A stretch of DNA of 64,000 nucleotides from a virus (lineage: Duplodnaviria > Caudoviricetes), in IMG/VR virus record IMGVR_UViG_3300032138_000942, positions 32,001-96,000 of that record. One strand, written 5' to 3'. The notes beneath the pieces are model-generated. The model was not told the origin of the DNA. It worked only from the letters and a program-made list of their open reading frames with translations, and made no database searches. A program made the translations under genes and the position numbers. Shown one piece after another: positions 48,148 to 56,941 of this stretch (the first letter of the stretch is position 1; every line of letters starts with the position of its first letter).

Positions 48148-50115
48148 ATGGCACGACGAAATACAAAAAACCCCAGGAACACTCAATCTTCCTTATATAA
48201 AAGGCTGACACGACTTTTGTCTGGTCCTTTGACCAACTACAGAAGGCAAACCCCAAGAAGGGAGAAAAGAAGGCAGCTTGATAAACATTATTTCCAGTCA
48301 GCCACTGGACAGCAATTTAAAAAGGCGACTTATGATCCTTTTGAGAACTTAACTTCTAATATTTTGGCAAATCAAAATCGAGTCGAGCGTTATGCCGACT
48401 TCGACATGATGGAATATGAGCCAATCATCGCTTCTGCTTTAGATATTTATGGCGACGAGATGTCCACTTCGAATGCTTTTAACGACGTTCTTGACATCAA
48501 GTGCTCCAACGAAGAACTTAAAGCGATTTTGGAACATCTATATGACAATGTTCTCAATATTGAGTTTAATCTCTTCGGCTGGTGCCGAACAATGTGTAAA
48601 TATGGTGACTATTTTCTTTATCTCGATATTGATGATACGGTCGGAGTCACCAACGTTATCGGCTTGCCAGCCTCCGAAATAGAACGACTCGAAGGAGAAG
48701 ACAAGACAAACCCCAGTTATGTTCAATATCAATGGAACTCTGGCGGCCTTACTTTTGAGAACTGGCAAATTGCCCATTTTCGTGTTTTGGGAAATGACAA
48801 GTATTCGCCATATGGAACATCGGTCCTGGAAGCTTCGAGGCGAATCTTTAGACAGCTGAATCTTCTTGAGGACGCCGTAATGGCTTATCGAATTGTTCGA
48901 TCACCAGAGCGAAGAGTGTTTTATGTGGATGTTGGATCGATTCAACCAGACGACGTTGAACAATATATGCAAAAGGTCATGACCCAGATGAAGCGAAACC
49001 AGGTGGTGGACGCCGGCACCGGTCGAGTGGACCTTCGTTATAATCCATTGAGTATCGAGGAGGATTATTTTATCCCGGTTCGTGGAAACGTTAGTTCAAA
49101 GGTTGAAACATTACCCGGCGGGACTTATACAGGCGACATTGATGACATTAAATATTTGAAGGACAAGTTGTTCGCTGCCCTGAAGATCCCCCAGTCTTAT
49201 CTGTTTAGAGGTGAGGGGGCCGATGAAGATAAAACAACTTTGGCCCAAAAGGACGTGAGATTCGCCAGAACGATTCAGCGCCTCCAACGAGCAGTTGTGG
49301 CTGAATTAGAAAAAATAGGAATTATCCATTTATACACTCTTGGATATCGTGGAGAAGATTTAGTCTCCTTTGATCTCACCCTCAATAATCCGTCTAAGAT
49401 TGCCCAGCTTCAAGAGCTTGAACACCTTAATCAGAAGTTTCAGGTGGCCTCAGCTGCCACCGAGGGATACTTTAGTAAACGATGGGTGGCGGAACATATC
49501 TTTGGAATTTCTCATGAAGAGTTTGTCCGAAATCAGAGAGAACTGTTTTACGATAGAAAGTTTGAAGCGGCTCTCCAGGCTGAATCCGAAGTGGCGGTGG
49601 ACGCCACAGGCGGAACGGGTGGCGGACTCGGCGGAGGGCTTCCCGGTCTTCCGGGAGCCGATATGGGAACAGAAACAGGGGCAGCGCCCGAAACGCCCGA
49701 AACTCCAGCCGCCCCAGGCACCGAGCCAACGCCAGAACCCCCAGCAGCCGGAGGAGAAGAAGAATCTACTCTCCTGGCAGCACCCGGAAATAGAAATGAT
49801 AAAATTGCCGTTAGATCGGCAGACGGCACAAAGTTAACTCGAAAAAATAATGGAGGATATTATAAGCCTTCAGCCACTGACACTCGTAAATCTGCCGGTC
49901 GAGGGAAGAACATGAAACGAGCAACAATGCCGGAACTCAGCCCTCGAACCACTATTCCAGGACTTGGGGACATGGCATCTTTAGCCAAGGGCAGTATTTA
50001 TGAGAACAAACAAACTAGTTATGATGACTCTGAAGAAAAACTTTTGCAAACAAACTTCGAAGTCATGAAACTAATTGAAAAGCTTGAGGAGAAGAAAGGT
50101 GAAGTCGAAACATAA
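48148..50115 (+). CDS. Portal protein (T4 gp20-like)
   Basis: LLEDAVMAYRIVRSPERRVFYVDVG, EEDYFIPVRG, TLPGG, DIKYL..KLF.AL.IP. Confidence 0.95.
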   Translation: MARRNTKNPRNTQSSLYKRLTRLLSGPLTNYRRQTPRREKRRQLDKHYFQSATGQQFKKATYDPFENLTSNILANQNRVERYADFDMMEYEPIIASALDIYGDEMSTSNAFNDVLDIKCSNEELKAILEHLYDNVLNIEFNLFGWCRTMCKYGDYFLYLDIDDTVGVTNVIGLPASEIERLEGEDKTNPSYVQYQWNSGGLTFENWQIAHFRVLGNDKYSPYGTSVLEASRRIFRQLNLLEDAVMAYRIVRSPERRVFYVDVGSIQPDDVEQYMQKVMTQMKRNQVVDAGTGRVDLRYNPLSIEEDYFIPVRGNVSSKVETLPGGTYTGDIDDIKYLKDKLFAALKIPQSYLFRGEGADEDKTTLAQKDVRFARTIQRLQRAVVAELEKIGIIHLYTLGYRGEDLVSFDLTLNNPSKIAQLQELEHLNQKFQVASAATEGYFSKRWVAEHIFGISHEEFVRNQRELFYDRKFEAALQAESEVAVDATGGTGGGLGGGLPGLPGADMGTETGAAPETPETPAAPGTEPTPEPPAAGGEEESTLLAAPGNRNDKIAVRSADGTKLTRKNNGGYYKPSATDTRKSAGRGKNMKRATMPELSPRTTIPGLGDMASLAKGSIYENKQTSYDDSEEKLLQTNFEVMKLIEKLEEKKGEVET

Positions 50116-50926
50116 TAAGAAGAGAAACACAGCACTTATATATGAGGCCCTGGCACGTCATTTAACTAAGTCTATAATAGCTAAAAATGTTGAGGCTAAA
50201 GACAAGATCATCTCCATTATAAAAGAACATTTTCACAAAGAGACTGTGATGGCCAAGGAGCTTCAGCTTTATCGGGTTTTGTGTGAAACATATGACCTTA
50301 AACCCCATATGGCAGAGAAGATGATTTTCGAAATTAGAAAACTTCATGGAAGTTTAGATAAACAGCAATTGTTTACAGAGCAAAGCGCCATCATTAAAAA
50401 GATCAATCAGTCGTTGGGCAAATCTTTTTTCTCAAGCTTCGTCCCCAATTATAAAACATTGGCCACGATTAGTCAGGTTTTTAGTATGGAAGTTCCCACT
50501 AAAAAAAGACTTGTCCTCGAAGAGTCGCTGGTGGAGAAACTAACCTCTCCAGAGAACTCTTCCGGTGATCTAAAATCTGTGGACAGTTTGACTGTTAAAA
50601 CGTTTACAAACAAGTTTAACAGTGAATACTCCAAAGAATTATTTAAAGAGCAAGCCGAGCTTCTGTCTAAATATATTACCTCTTTTGTTGATAATGGACT
50701 TGATCTAAAAGTGTTTTTAAATGAAGAGGTTACTCGTTTAAAAGAAGTTGTTTCTTCCTCACTTAAATTAAGTGAGATCAAAGAAGATCCAAACATGGTG
50801 GAGAAAACTAAAAAAGTCTTAGCCATGCTCAACGAATTTAGGGTTGAGAAAATAGAGAAAGCTCTGGTCGAGAAAGTTCTTAAGATTCAGTCTTTGGCCA
50901 GAGAGGTAATAGCAGATGGCAATTGA
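50099..50926 (+). CDS. Head-cluster protein (putative prohead core component)
   Basis: Likely GTG start at 50099 with GAGGAG SD; KHNKKRNTALIYEAL; directly follows the portal. Confidence 0.6.
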   Translation: MKSKHNKKRNTALIYEALARHLTKSIIAKNVEAKDKIISIIKEHFHKETVMAKELQLYRVLCETYDLKPHMAEKMIFEIRKLHGSLDKQQLFTEQSAIIKKINQSLGKSFFSSFVPNYKTLATISQVFSMEVPTKKRLVLEESLVEKLTSPENSSGDLKSVDSLTVKTFTNKFNSEYSKELFKEQAELLSKYITSFVDNGLDLKVFLNEEVTRLKEVVSSSLKLSEIKEDPNMVEKTKKVLAMLNEFRVEKIEKALVEKVLKIQSLAREVIADGN

Positions 50927-51479
50927 TATCGAAATAAACCCATCTGCTCCCGAGGTCGCTCCTCCAAAAGAGCCACAAAAGGTGGTTGAACTTGATATGA
51001 GAAGAAGTCTCGATGGAAATCTTATGATTTTTGATCACGAAGACATTGACATTGTTCTGGTGCCAGCCACCAACAAGGTTATTGCTTTCCCAAAAGAACT
51101 AATGGAAGACAGAGTTTATGCCACACAAGATCGATTTTTTTACTTTCTTCGGAAAAAAGGTGTTATCAATCCCGACACGGTTAAGGGCGGCGCTGTATAT
51201 GGCTCGTTTGAAGCGACGATTTCAACACCAATTGAAGAAGGAGTAAGCGCCCCACAGGTTGCCCTCAATGTTATTGATAAGTTCATTAAAGAGGAAAAAC
51301 CGTATTTCCGTAAATATCATGAGCTTGAAGACGAGTGGGAAGAGAACCTCACCGATCCAAGCAATATGGATTCCACTGCCTTGGGCGACGTTCCACAGGC
51401 TTCAAAGAAAGGCTCCTTACGCCCAGGTTATATTCGTGGGCCATATGGAATGACATCGTTCTATCGTTACGAGGAGTAA
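50916..51479 (+). CDS. Hypothetical protein
   Basis: Coupled ORF in the head cluster with GAGG SD. Confidence 0.6.
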   Translation: MAIDIEINPSAPEVAPPKEPQKVVELDMRRSLDGNLMIFDHEDIDIVLVPATNKVIAFPKELMEDRVYATQDRFFYFLRKKGVINPDTVKGGAVYGSFEATISTPIEEGVSAPQVALNVIDKFIKEEKPYFRKYHELEDEWEENLTDPSNMDSTALGDVPQASKKGSLRPGYIRGPYGMTSFYRYEE

Positions 51480-51803
51480 ATGGAGCTTATATACTTTATC
51501 TTATGCTCTTATGGCATAACTTCCATTATTGTGTATAGTCATCTTTTTCGATCTCCTCGAAAATATATTTCTTCACAGTCGGACTGGTTATGTGAACTGT
51601 TTCACTGCCCCATGTGTGTTGGCTTTTGGGTTGGCGTATTCTTATGTGGCATAAACAAATCCACGGAACTATTTAATTTTGATTATAATTTTATCAATTT
51701 TCTGCTTTTAGGTTCATTAAGTGCTGGAACTTCTTATTTGCTGAACATGATTGTGGATGATGATGGAATAAAAATTAGGAGCACAAATAATGAAATTAAG
51801 TAA
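51480..51803 (+). CDS. Small membrane protein with CxxC (DUF1360-like)
   Basis: About three hydrophobic segments; LFHCPMCVGFWVG. Confidence 0.6.
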   Translation: MELIYFILCSYGITSIIVYSHLFRSPRKYISSQSDWLCELFHCPMCVGFWVGVFLCGINKSTELFNFDYNFINFLLLGSLSAGTSYLLNMIVDDDGIKIRSTNNEIK

Positions 51804-52203
51804 AAAGGATCTTAAGAAACTCATCCTTGAAGAAATGAATTCGGTTATTAAAACCATGACGGAAGTCGGGGAATTAAGCGATGAAGAGATCGAAGCAGAA
51901 TTCGCCGGAGCACCAACGACCGCCACACAAACAACAACTGGCACCCCAGAAGTCGATGCCACCGCCACCCCGGAAGGTGAAGAGGCTCTTAAGATGAAGG
52001 CCAACTCGGTCCGCCAACAATTCATGGAACTCGTCCCGGAGTTGGTTCAAGGCTCCATTTCCGAGGAGGAAAGAGCTTTTATCTTTACAGTGCTCGACCG
52101 CCTCGCTGGAGCCGCCCAAGGCGGTGACATTAAGCCCTTAATCCCCAAGATCGACAAAAATATTGGCCTTACTGGCGTCGACCGTTTGGCCAAAAAGACA
52201 TAA
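51790..52203 (+). CDS. Putative head-internal protein
   Basis: MKLSKKDLKKLILEE N-terminus; AGGAG SD. Confidence 0.55.
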   Translation: MKLSKKDLKKLILEEMNSVIKTMTEVGELSDEEIEAEFAGAPTTATQTTTGTPEVDATATPEGEEALKMKANSVRQQFMELVPELVQGSISEEERAFIFTVLDRLAGAAQGGDIKPLIPKIDKNIGLTGVDRLAKKT

Positions 52204-52213
52204 GGAGAGTCCG

Positions 52214-52348
52214 ATGAATTCAGAAACATATACACAGAAGTGGATGCTCCAACCAGTTAGACGCTGTTGCAAGGGCAGCATAAACGAGCGGGTAACGCCC
52301 GTATTTAAGGATCAAAATGAGCAAGTATTTATTAAGAGAGTATTATGA
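52214..52348 (+). CDS. Putative small peptide (44 aa; MNSETYTQKWMLQPVRRCCKGS…)
   Basis: Strong TAAGGAG SD before ATG 52214; overlaps the protease start. Confidence 0.4.
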   Translation: MNSETYTQKWMLQPVRRCCKGSINERVTPVFKDQNEQVFIKRVL

Positions 52349-52931
52349 ACTTTGTGAAGGTGGTGTTTGCCAAGACCTTCTTACGGAAGACGAAAAAAGA
52401 ATGGTTCGAGAGAACAAAGCTGTCTTCCTCACGGGAATTATGCAGAGAGCCGAAGTCCAAAATGGCAACGGTCGAGTTTACCCTCGAACAGTTCTTGAAA
52501 GAGAACTAAAGAATTACACGAAGATCGTCCAGGAAAGAAGAGCACTGGGCGAACTGGACCACCCAGAAGACTCTGTTGTTAATCTTAAGAATGCTTCTCA
52601 TATGGTGACCGAGGTCTGGTGGGATGGAGACGACGTAATGGGAAAAGTTCAAGTGCTCAACACCCCCTCTGGTCAAGTCCTCAAGTCTCTAGTGGAAGCC
52701 GGCGTGAAGCTCGGCATCTCCTCTCGTGGACTGGGGTCCGTTCATGAGTCACAAGGAAAGACCATCGTCGAAGACGACTTCCAACTTATTTGTTTTGACT
52801 TTGTTTCAGAGCCTTCCACCCAGGGAGCGTTTATGATGACAGAGGGCAAGAACGTTAATTTGGATGCCGTGTTTACAAAGGCAGATCGAATCAACCGAGC
52901 CCTCAACGAAATTTTACGAGAGAAAGAATAA
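52317..52931 (+). CDS. Prohead core protease (T4 gp21-like)
   Basis: NGNGRVYP, ALGELDHP, SH, LGISSRGLGS, DFVSEPS motifs. Confidence 0.95.
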   Translation: MSKYLLREYYELCEGGVCQDLLTEDEKRMVRENKAVFLTGIMQRAEVQNGNGRVYPRTVLERELKNYTKIVQERRALGELDHPEDSVVNLKNASHMVTEVWWDGDDVMGKVQVLNTPSGQVLKSLVEAGVKLGISSRGLGSVHESQGKTIVEDDFQLICFDFVSEPSTQGAFMMTEGKNVNLDAVFTKADRINRALNEILREKE

Positions 52932-55787
52932 GTGGCATTTTTAGATGAAAAGCACGTTGATCAACTGGTTAAAGAAGCATTTGTTAGACACCAAGTTAAC
53001 GGCCTAATTGCCGAAGCCCAGCGTTTGAGCGACTTGCTCAACGAAGTGGTTCCCCAAGCCAGAGCCGGCCAAGACTTGAGAAGAAAAACAAAGGGCCAGA
53101 AGAGAACAGCCACCCCCGGCCTTCCAGGCGCCGAGCCTGTTTACAAGTTCACTCAAGGAGAGGAAGGGGCTGAATCCGCCCCCACCCCTCCCGCTGGAGG
53201 CACAGAGGTGAAACATGGTTTCTGGGATGGGGTCAAACATTGGTTATCTAAAGCTGGGTCGCTTGAGAAGAAGGGCAAAGTTTTTAGTGGCCGATCTAAG
53301 CGAGTCCAGGGTGCTAAAGAAGAGTTTGGTGCTGCTCTAGAAAAGGCTTCAAATGAGGCGATCAAATCGTTGTTTGACGAGATCAACAAGGAATTCCCGG
53401 AATTCCCCAATATGAAAGATAAGTGGCAATTTCGAAATGGCGTGGCAGCACTTGCTCAAACTTATGATTCCCTCGTGGGAGCCACCAAACTTTATAAGCC
53501 AGGACAAGAACAACAACAAAAAGGCGCCCTATCGCCAGTAATTGCTAATGAGCTTATTGGTGTCTTGAGGATGTATGTTAATAAATTGTTAGATTATGAC
53601 CTGGCTGACGTTTATAAACATTTTACGGAAAATACTCAAATTTATGATGATGGCGAACTTGAATGGCTTTTTGAGCTTTCCCCAAAAGAAATGGCAGCTA
53701 TAGCCGCCGCTCCAGAAGACGAAGCATCAACACCTGGTGGGTATCTTAGTTCTAAATATGGCGACTCGGAAACCATGAAAGGTCTCCGGAGCAATCGTTT
53801 GCCGCTGATTCTTGGATTAATTGGATCAGCAGGAATAGGCGCTTACGTTACAGGCGCCGCCACTTCCTCAGATATATCTGGCGGGGCCAATGGCGGAGAG
53901 GTAGATCCTAAAACAGGAAAGATCACGGCTCTTGATCCAAAAACTGGCAAGCCGACTGTCTCAATTGATCCAAAAACAGGAAAAGGGATTGAACAACTAG
54001 TTGACACTCGTTTTGAGATGACAGCTTCCCCCCGAGGAACCTTAAATAACTTTGCCGCGGCAGCCAAGGAGTATGGCGGTTCAGGTAATTATCAGGACTT
54101 AGCCGGCAATGTTGAAATTCTTGCCAAGCAGGCCAACGTGAGCCCAGAAGATTTCATGGCCCAATATGGAAGTCAAGCACGTTTAGGCGAAGCTTCCGAA
54201 CAATGGTTTAAGGCCGTTTATGACTGGCAGGCTAACGAAGGTGGGACCACCGCTGCCTGGAATGTTAGCGGCAAGCTAGACCCTAAATTCTCAGAGTTCA
54301 TTAACAGCAATCCTGAATATGCTCAGGCCGCTGAAGTGGTTCAGGGCAAGGGAATGGTCGCTCCTGGTCCTGATGGTTCGCTCCCCGCTTCACAAGGCAT
54401 GGGGACTGGGCGTAAGGGAATTAGCGACCTTATGGCCCTGGACTCTGGTCAGAAAACTGTAATTGTTGGTAAAGTTGCCAAGGCTCTTGTTACGGGTCTG
54501 GCAATGAGGGGAGCCGCCGGAGCAGCCGGTGGAGCAGCAGCAAAAGCAGTCGGCATGGGGGCCAATCCCCTGGTGGGAGCTTTAGGAATCGGCCTTGTTG
54601 CCTCTGGAGCGGCTGTGGCCCTCTTGAGAGCGAAGGGCAGGTGGAAATCCCGAGCAAAAGAGCTTGACGTTTTGGCCAAGGCTCTTAAAGATGTCCCTGT
54701 TCCTAAAGAGGAAAAGACGATTGTTGACCCAATTACCCCGCCAACGCCACCAACCCCGCCAACACCGCCTGTAAGTGAAGGTGTCGTCCCGGTTTATTAT
54801 GTGGTAAAGCTGGATAACGATGGTGATCTCAAGGTTCATCCTCTTCCCAAAACTTTATCTCGCTCATATCAAGGGAGCAAGCAAAAGCAAGAAGAACTTC
54901 GACAAGTAGCCCAGGCTGTACAAAATCAAATAGTAATGGGTGACGACCGACTAGAGGCAGTGGAAGACCGAGCCGACGAAAAGGCACAGGAGGGGGAACC
55001 TTCCGAGCCGGAAGCTGCAGCGCCCACCGACGACAGAGATATGGCAGACATTTTTGAAAGCTGGGGCCACGATATCGACGACGAGTATTCAGCTTTTCAA
55101 AATCTTAATGAGGACGAGGAACTGGACGAGCAGGAGCGACGATATTCAGATGAGTTTGAGGGCAAGTATAATAGAATAAGAAAGAGTGTCTCTCAGATCA
55201 ATAAACGAATTCGTCGTCAGATGAAAAATCCACTTAAAAGCGGAAAGACAAGAGCCCCTGAGATTTATTATGTATTTGATCAGTCTGTTGAGACTGATCT
55301 CCCAGAAGGAACCGACAAAAACAAATTGAGGGGAATGTTAAAAAAGGTCTTAACCAAACTAAAAGAAAAATCAGATCAAACAAAACAGATCCAACCCTTG
55401 ACCGCCGAAGAGGTTAAAGAAGCTCTTGGAGGAAGAACCAGGGTTAAGGGATATAAGTTGGGTGTGGCCTTGAAGATGCTCCAGAAACATGGAGCCACAA
55501 CGGCGACCAAGAAAGCGGTGAAACAAGCCATGAAGAAGACAAAGACAAAAACGTCGACTGGCACCTCAACCGATTCATCTGGTGGAACATCTACTTCTGA
55601 GATGTCGCCCGAAGAACGGGCCGCCGCGGCCATTGCCAAAGCAGAGAAGAAACCAACCAAAAAGCTTCCAAAGAGAAAGAAAAAGGTTGGAGGGTTCTTA
55701 TCCGGTCCCGAGCGAGATATCGCCAAGAAGGCTGTTGCCGAATCTAAGCAAAAAGATCGCTGGAAAAAAATAGCAGGTTTAAAATGA
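52932..55787 (+). CDS. Large putative head-internal/ejection protein (951 aa)
   Basis: Two hydrophobic Gly/Ala-rich segments, DPKTGK x3, Pro-rich linker, C-terminal RWKKIAGL shared with the scaffold. Confidence 0.5.
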   Translation: MAFLDEKHVDQLVKEAFVRHQVNGLIAEAQRLSDLLNEVVPQARAGQDLRRKTKGQKRTATPGLPGAEPVYKFTQGEEGAESAPTPPAGGTEVKHGFWDGVKHWLSKAGSLEKKGKVFSGRSKRVQGAKEEFGAALEKASNEAIKSLFDEINKEFPEFPNMKDKWQFRNGVAALAQTYDSLVGATKLYKPGQEQQQKGALSPVIANELIGVLRMYVNKLLDYDLADVYKHFTENTQIYDDGELEWLFELSPKEMAAIAAAPEDEASTPGGYLSSKYGDSETMKGLRSNRLPLILGLIGSAGIGAYVTGAATSSDISGGANGGEVDPKTGKITALDPKTGKPTVSIDPKTGKGIEQLVDTRFEMTASPRGTLNNFAAAAKEYGGSGNYQDLAGNVEILAKQANVSPEDFMAQYGSQARLGEASEQWFKAVYDWQANEGGTTAAWNVSGKLDPKFSEFINSNPEYAQAAEVVQGKGMVAPGPDGSLPASQGMGTGRKGISDLMALDSGQKTVIVGKVAKALVTGLAMRGAAGAAGGAAAKAVGMGANPLVGALGIGLVASGAAVALLRAKGRWKSRAKELDVLAKALKDVPVPKEEKTIVDPITPPTPPTPPTPPVSEGVVPVYYVVKLDNDGDLKVHPLPKTLSRSYQGSKQKQEELRQVAQAVQNQIVMGDDRLEAVEDRADEKAQEGEPSEPEAAAPTDDRDMADIFESWGHDIDDEYSAFQNLNEDEELDEQERRYSDEFEGKYNRIRKSVSQINKRIRRQMKNPLKSGKTRAPEIYYVFDQSVETDLPEGTDKNKLRGMLKKVLTKLKEKSDQTKQIQPLTAEEVKEALGGRTRVKGYKLGVALKMLQKHGATTATKKAVKQAMKKTKTKTSTGTSTDSSGGTSTSEMSPEERAAAAIAKAEKKPTKKLPKRKKKVGGFLSGPERDIAKKAVAESKQKDRWKKIAGLK

Positions 55788-56212
55788 AATCAAGTGAGTT
55801 TAAAAAATTAATCAAGCCCCTCGTTAAAGAATGTATTCAAGAGGCCCTTTTAGAAGAAGGGCTTCTTTCGAATGTTATTTCTGAAGTCGTAAAGGGGCTG
55901 AGCAAACAACCCCTGGTGGAAAGCAAAAATACAGAAACAGAAGAGACAAGAGAAGAACGGAATCGTCTTGCTCAAGAAGAAATTGAGAGACGGAAGTCAA
56001 AAATTAACGAGACCAGACAAAAGATGATATCCGCTGTCGGAGGAACAAGTTATAATGGAGTCGACCTTTTTGAAGGGACTGCCCCAATGACACAAACGAG
56101 TAACCCCCACAGCCCCCTGGCTAACACCGCTCCAAGCGATGCCGGAATTGACATCTCCAATCTTATGGGAAACAAGAAAGTCTGGAATGCTTTATTAGAA
56201 GGTAAGAAATGA
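55784..56212 (+). CDS. Hypothetical head-cluster protein
   Basis: MKSSEFKKLIKPLVKECIQEALLEE N-terminus; ATGA coupling on both sides. Confidence 0.6.
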   Translation: MKSSEFKKLIKPLVKECIQEALLEEGLLSNVISEVVKGLSKQPLVESKNTETEETREERNRLAQEEIERRKSKINETRQKMISAVGGTSYNGVDLFEGTAPMTQTSNPHSPLANTAPSDAGIDISNLMGNKKVWNALLEGKK

Positions 56213-56421
56213 AACCAATAAATATTGATGTAAAGGTTCGTGACAACGAGTCAATTGAACGAGCACTTAAAAGATTTACACGAAAGGTCAAGAAAGAAGG
56301 AATCCTTCAGGATGTCCGGGAGAGAATGAGGTTTGAAAAGCCATCGGCTAAAAAAGCCCGTGTTGCCAAGCAACGAAAAAAAGTTTTGGATAAGCTAAAA
56401 CGAGAAAGAGATACTATTTAA
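56209..56421 (+). CDS. rpsU: Phage-encoded 30S ribosomal protein bS21
   Basis: VKVRDNESIERALKRFTRKVKKEGILQDVRERMRFEKPSAKK matches the bS21 consensus; 70 aa, basic. Confidence 0.93.
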   Translation: MKPINIDVKVRDNESIERALKRFTRKVKKEGILQDVRERMRFEKPSAKKARVAKQRKKVLDKLKRERDTI

Positions 56422-56454
56422 TAATAGAAATTGAGCACTTAGGAGTTTTAAGAA

Positions 56455-56874
56455 ATGGGAGCAGCATACGATAAAGGATCTACACATCCACGAACAATGA
56501 GAACACGGCAGCCAACTAACTTAGTTGAAGTCTCCGGCTCTTTCGGGGTCGAAGTACAAACCCTAGCCTCTGCCCATCCGGTGGGAGCTATAAATAAGTT
56601 TCCCTCGTATTCGACAGGAAACCAGAGATTTTTACATGTTTATCTCGACGCTACCGGGACTGCCAACGCCGTTAATATCACCGTTTATGGGGCGAATAGG
56701 TCTTTTGGTAAGTGGGGACCGCTCTATGATGTAAGGGGAACACAGGTCAAGGTCACAGCGAATAATGCCATAAAAATGCAGGTTTTTGAAATAGCTGGTG
56801 TTGATCGAGTTTATTTTTTAGCGGATACCTTCGACCCGGATGATGCCCTCTTTGCCGGCACCTGTACTTTTTAA
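56455..56874 (+). CDS. Hypothetical beta-rich protein (possible head decoration)
   Basis: AGGAG SD and ACTATTTA upstream. Confidence 0.55.
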   Translation: MGAAYDKGSTHPRTMRTRQPTNLVEVSGSFGVEVQTLASAHPVGAINKFPSYSTGNQRFLHVYLDATGTANAVNITVYGANRSFGKWGPLYDVRGTQVKVTANNAIKMQVFEIAGVDRVYFLADTFDPDDALFAGTCTF

Positions 56875-56899
56875 CAAATGGCGTTTTCTAGTTATACCA

Positions 56900-56907
56900 A
56901 CTATTTA
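56900..56907 (+). promoter_or_regulatory. Putative late promoter ACTATTTA for scaffold-MCP
   Basis: Intergenic recurrent motif. Confidence 0.65.
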
Positions 56908-56941
56908 TCTTTGATTGCAACCACTTTATGGAGTACATGAC

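Noticed and set aside
56915-56941. ORF-track upstream starts for the scaffold (56915), ORF 59847 and ORF 50075
   Set aside because: Downstream starts at 56942, 59949 and 50099 have proper SD spacing; the 59847 extension would also run across the promoter motif at 59871
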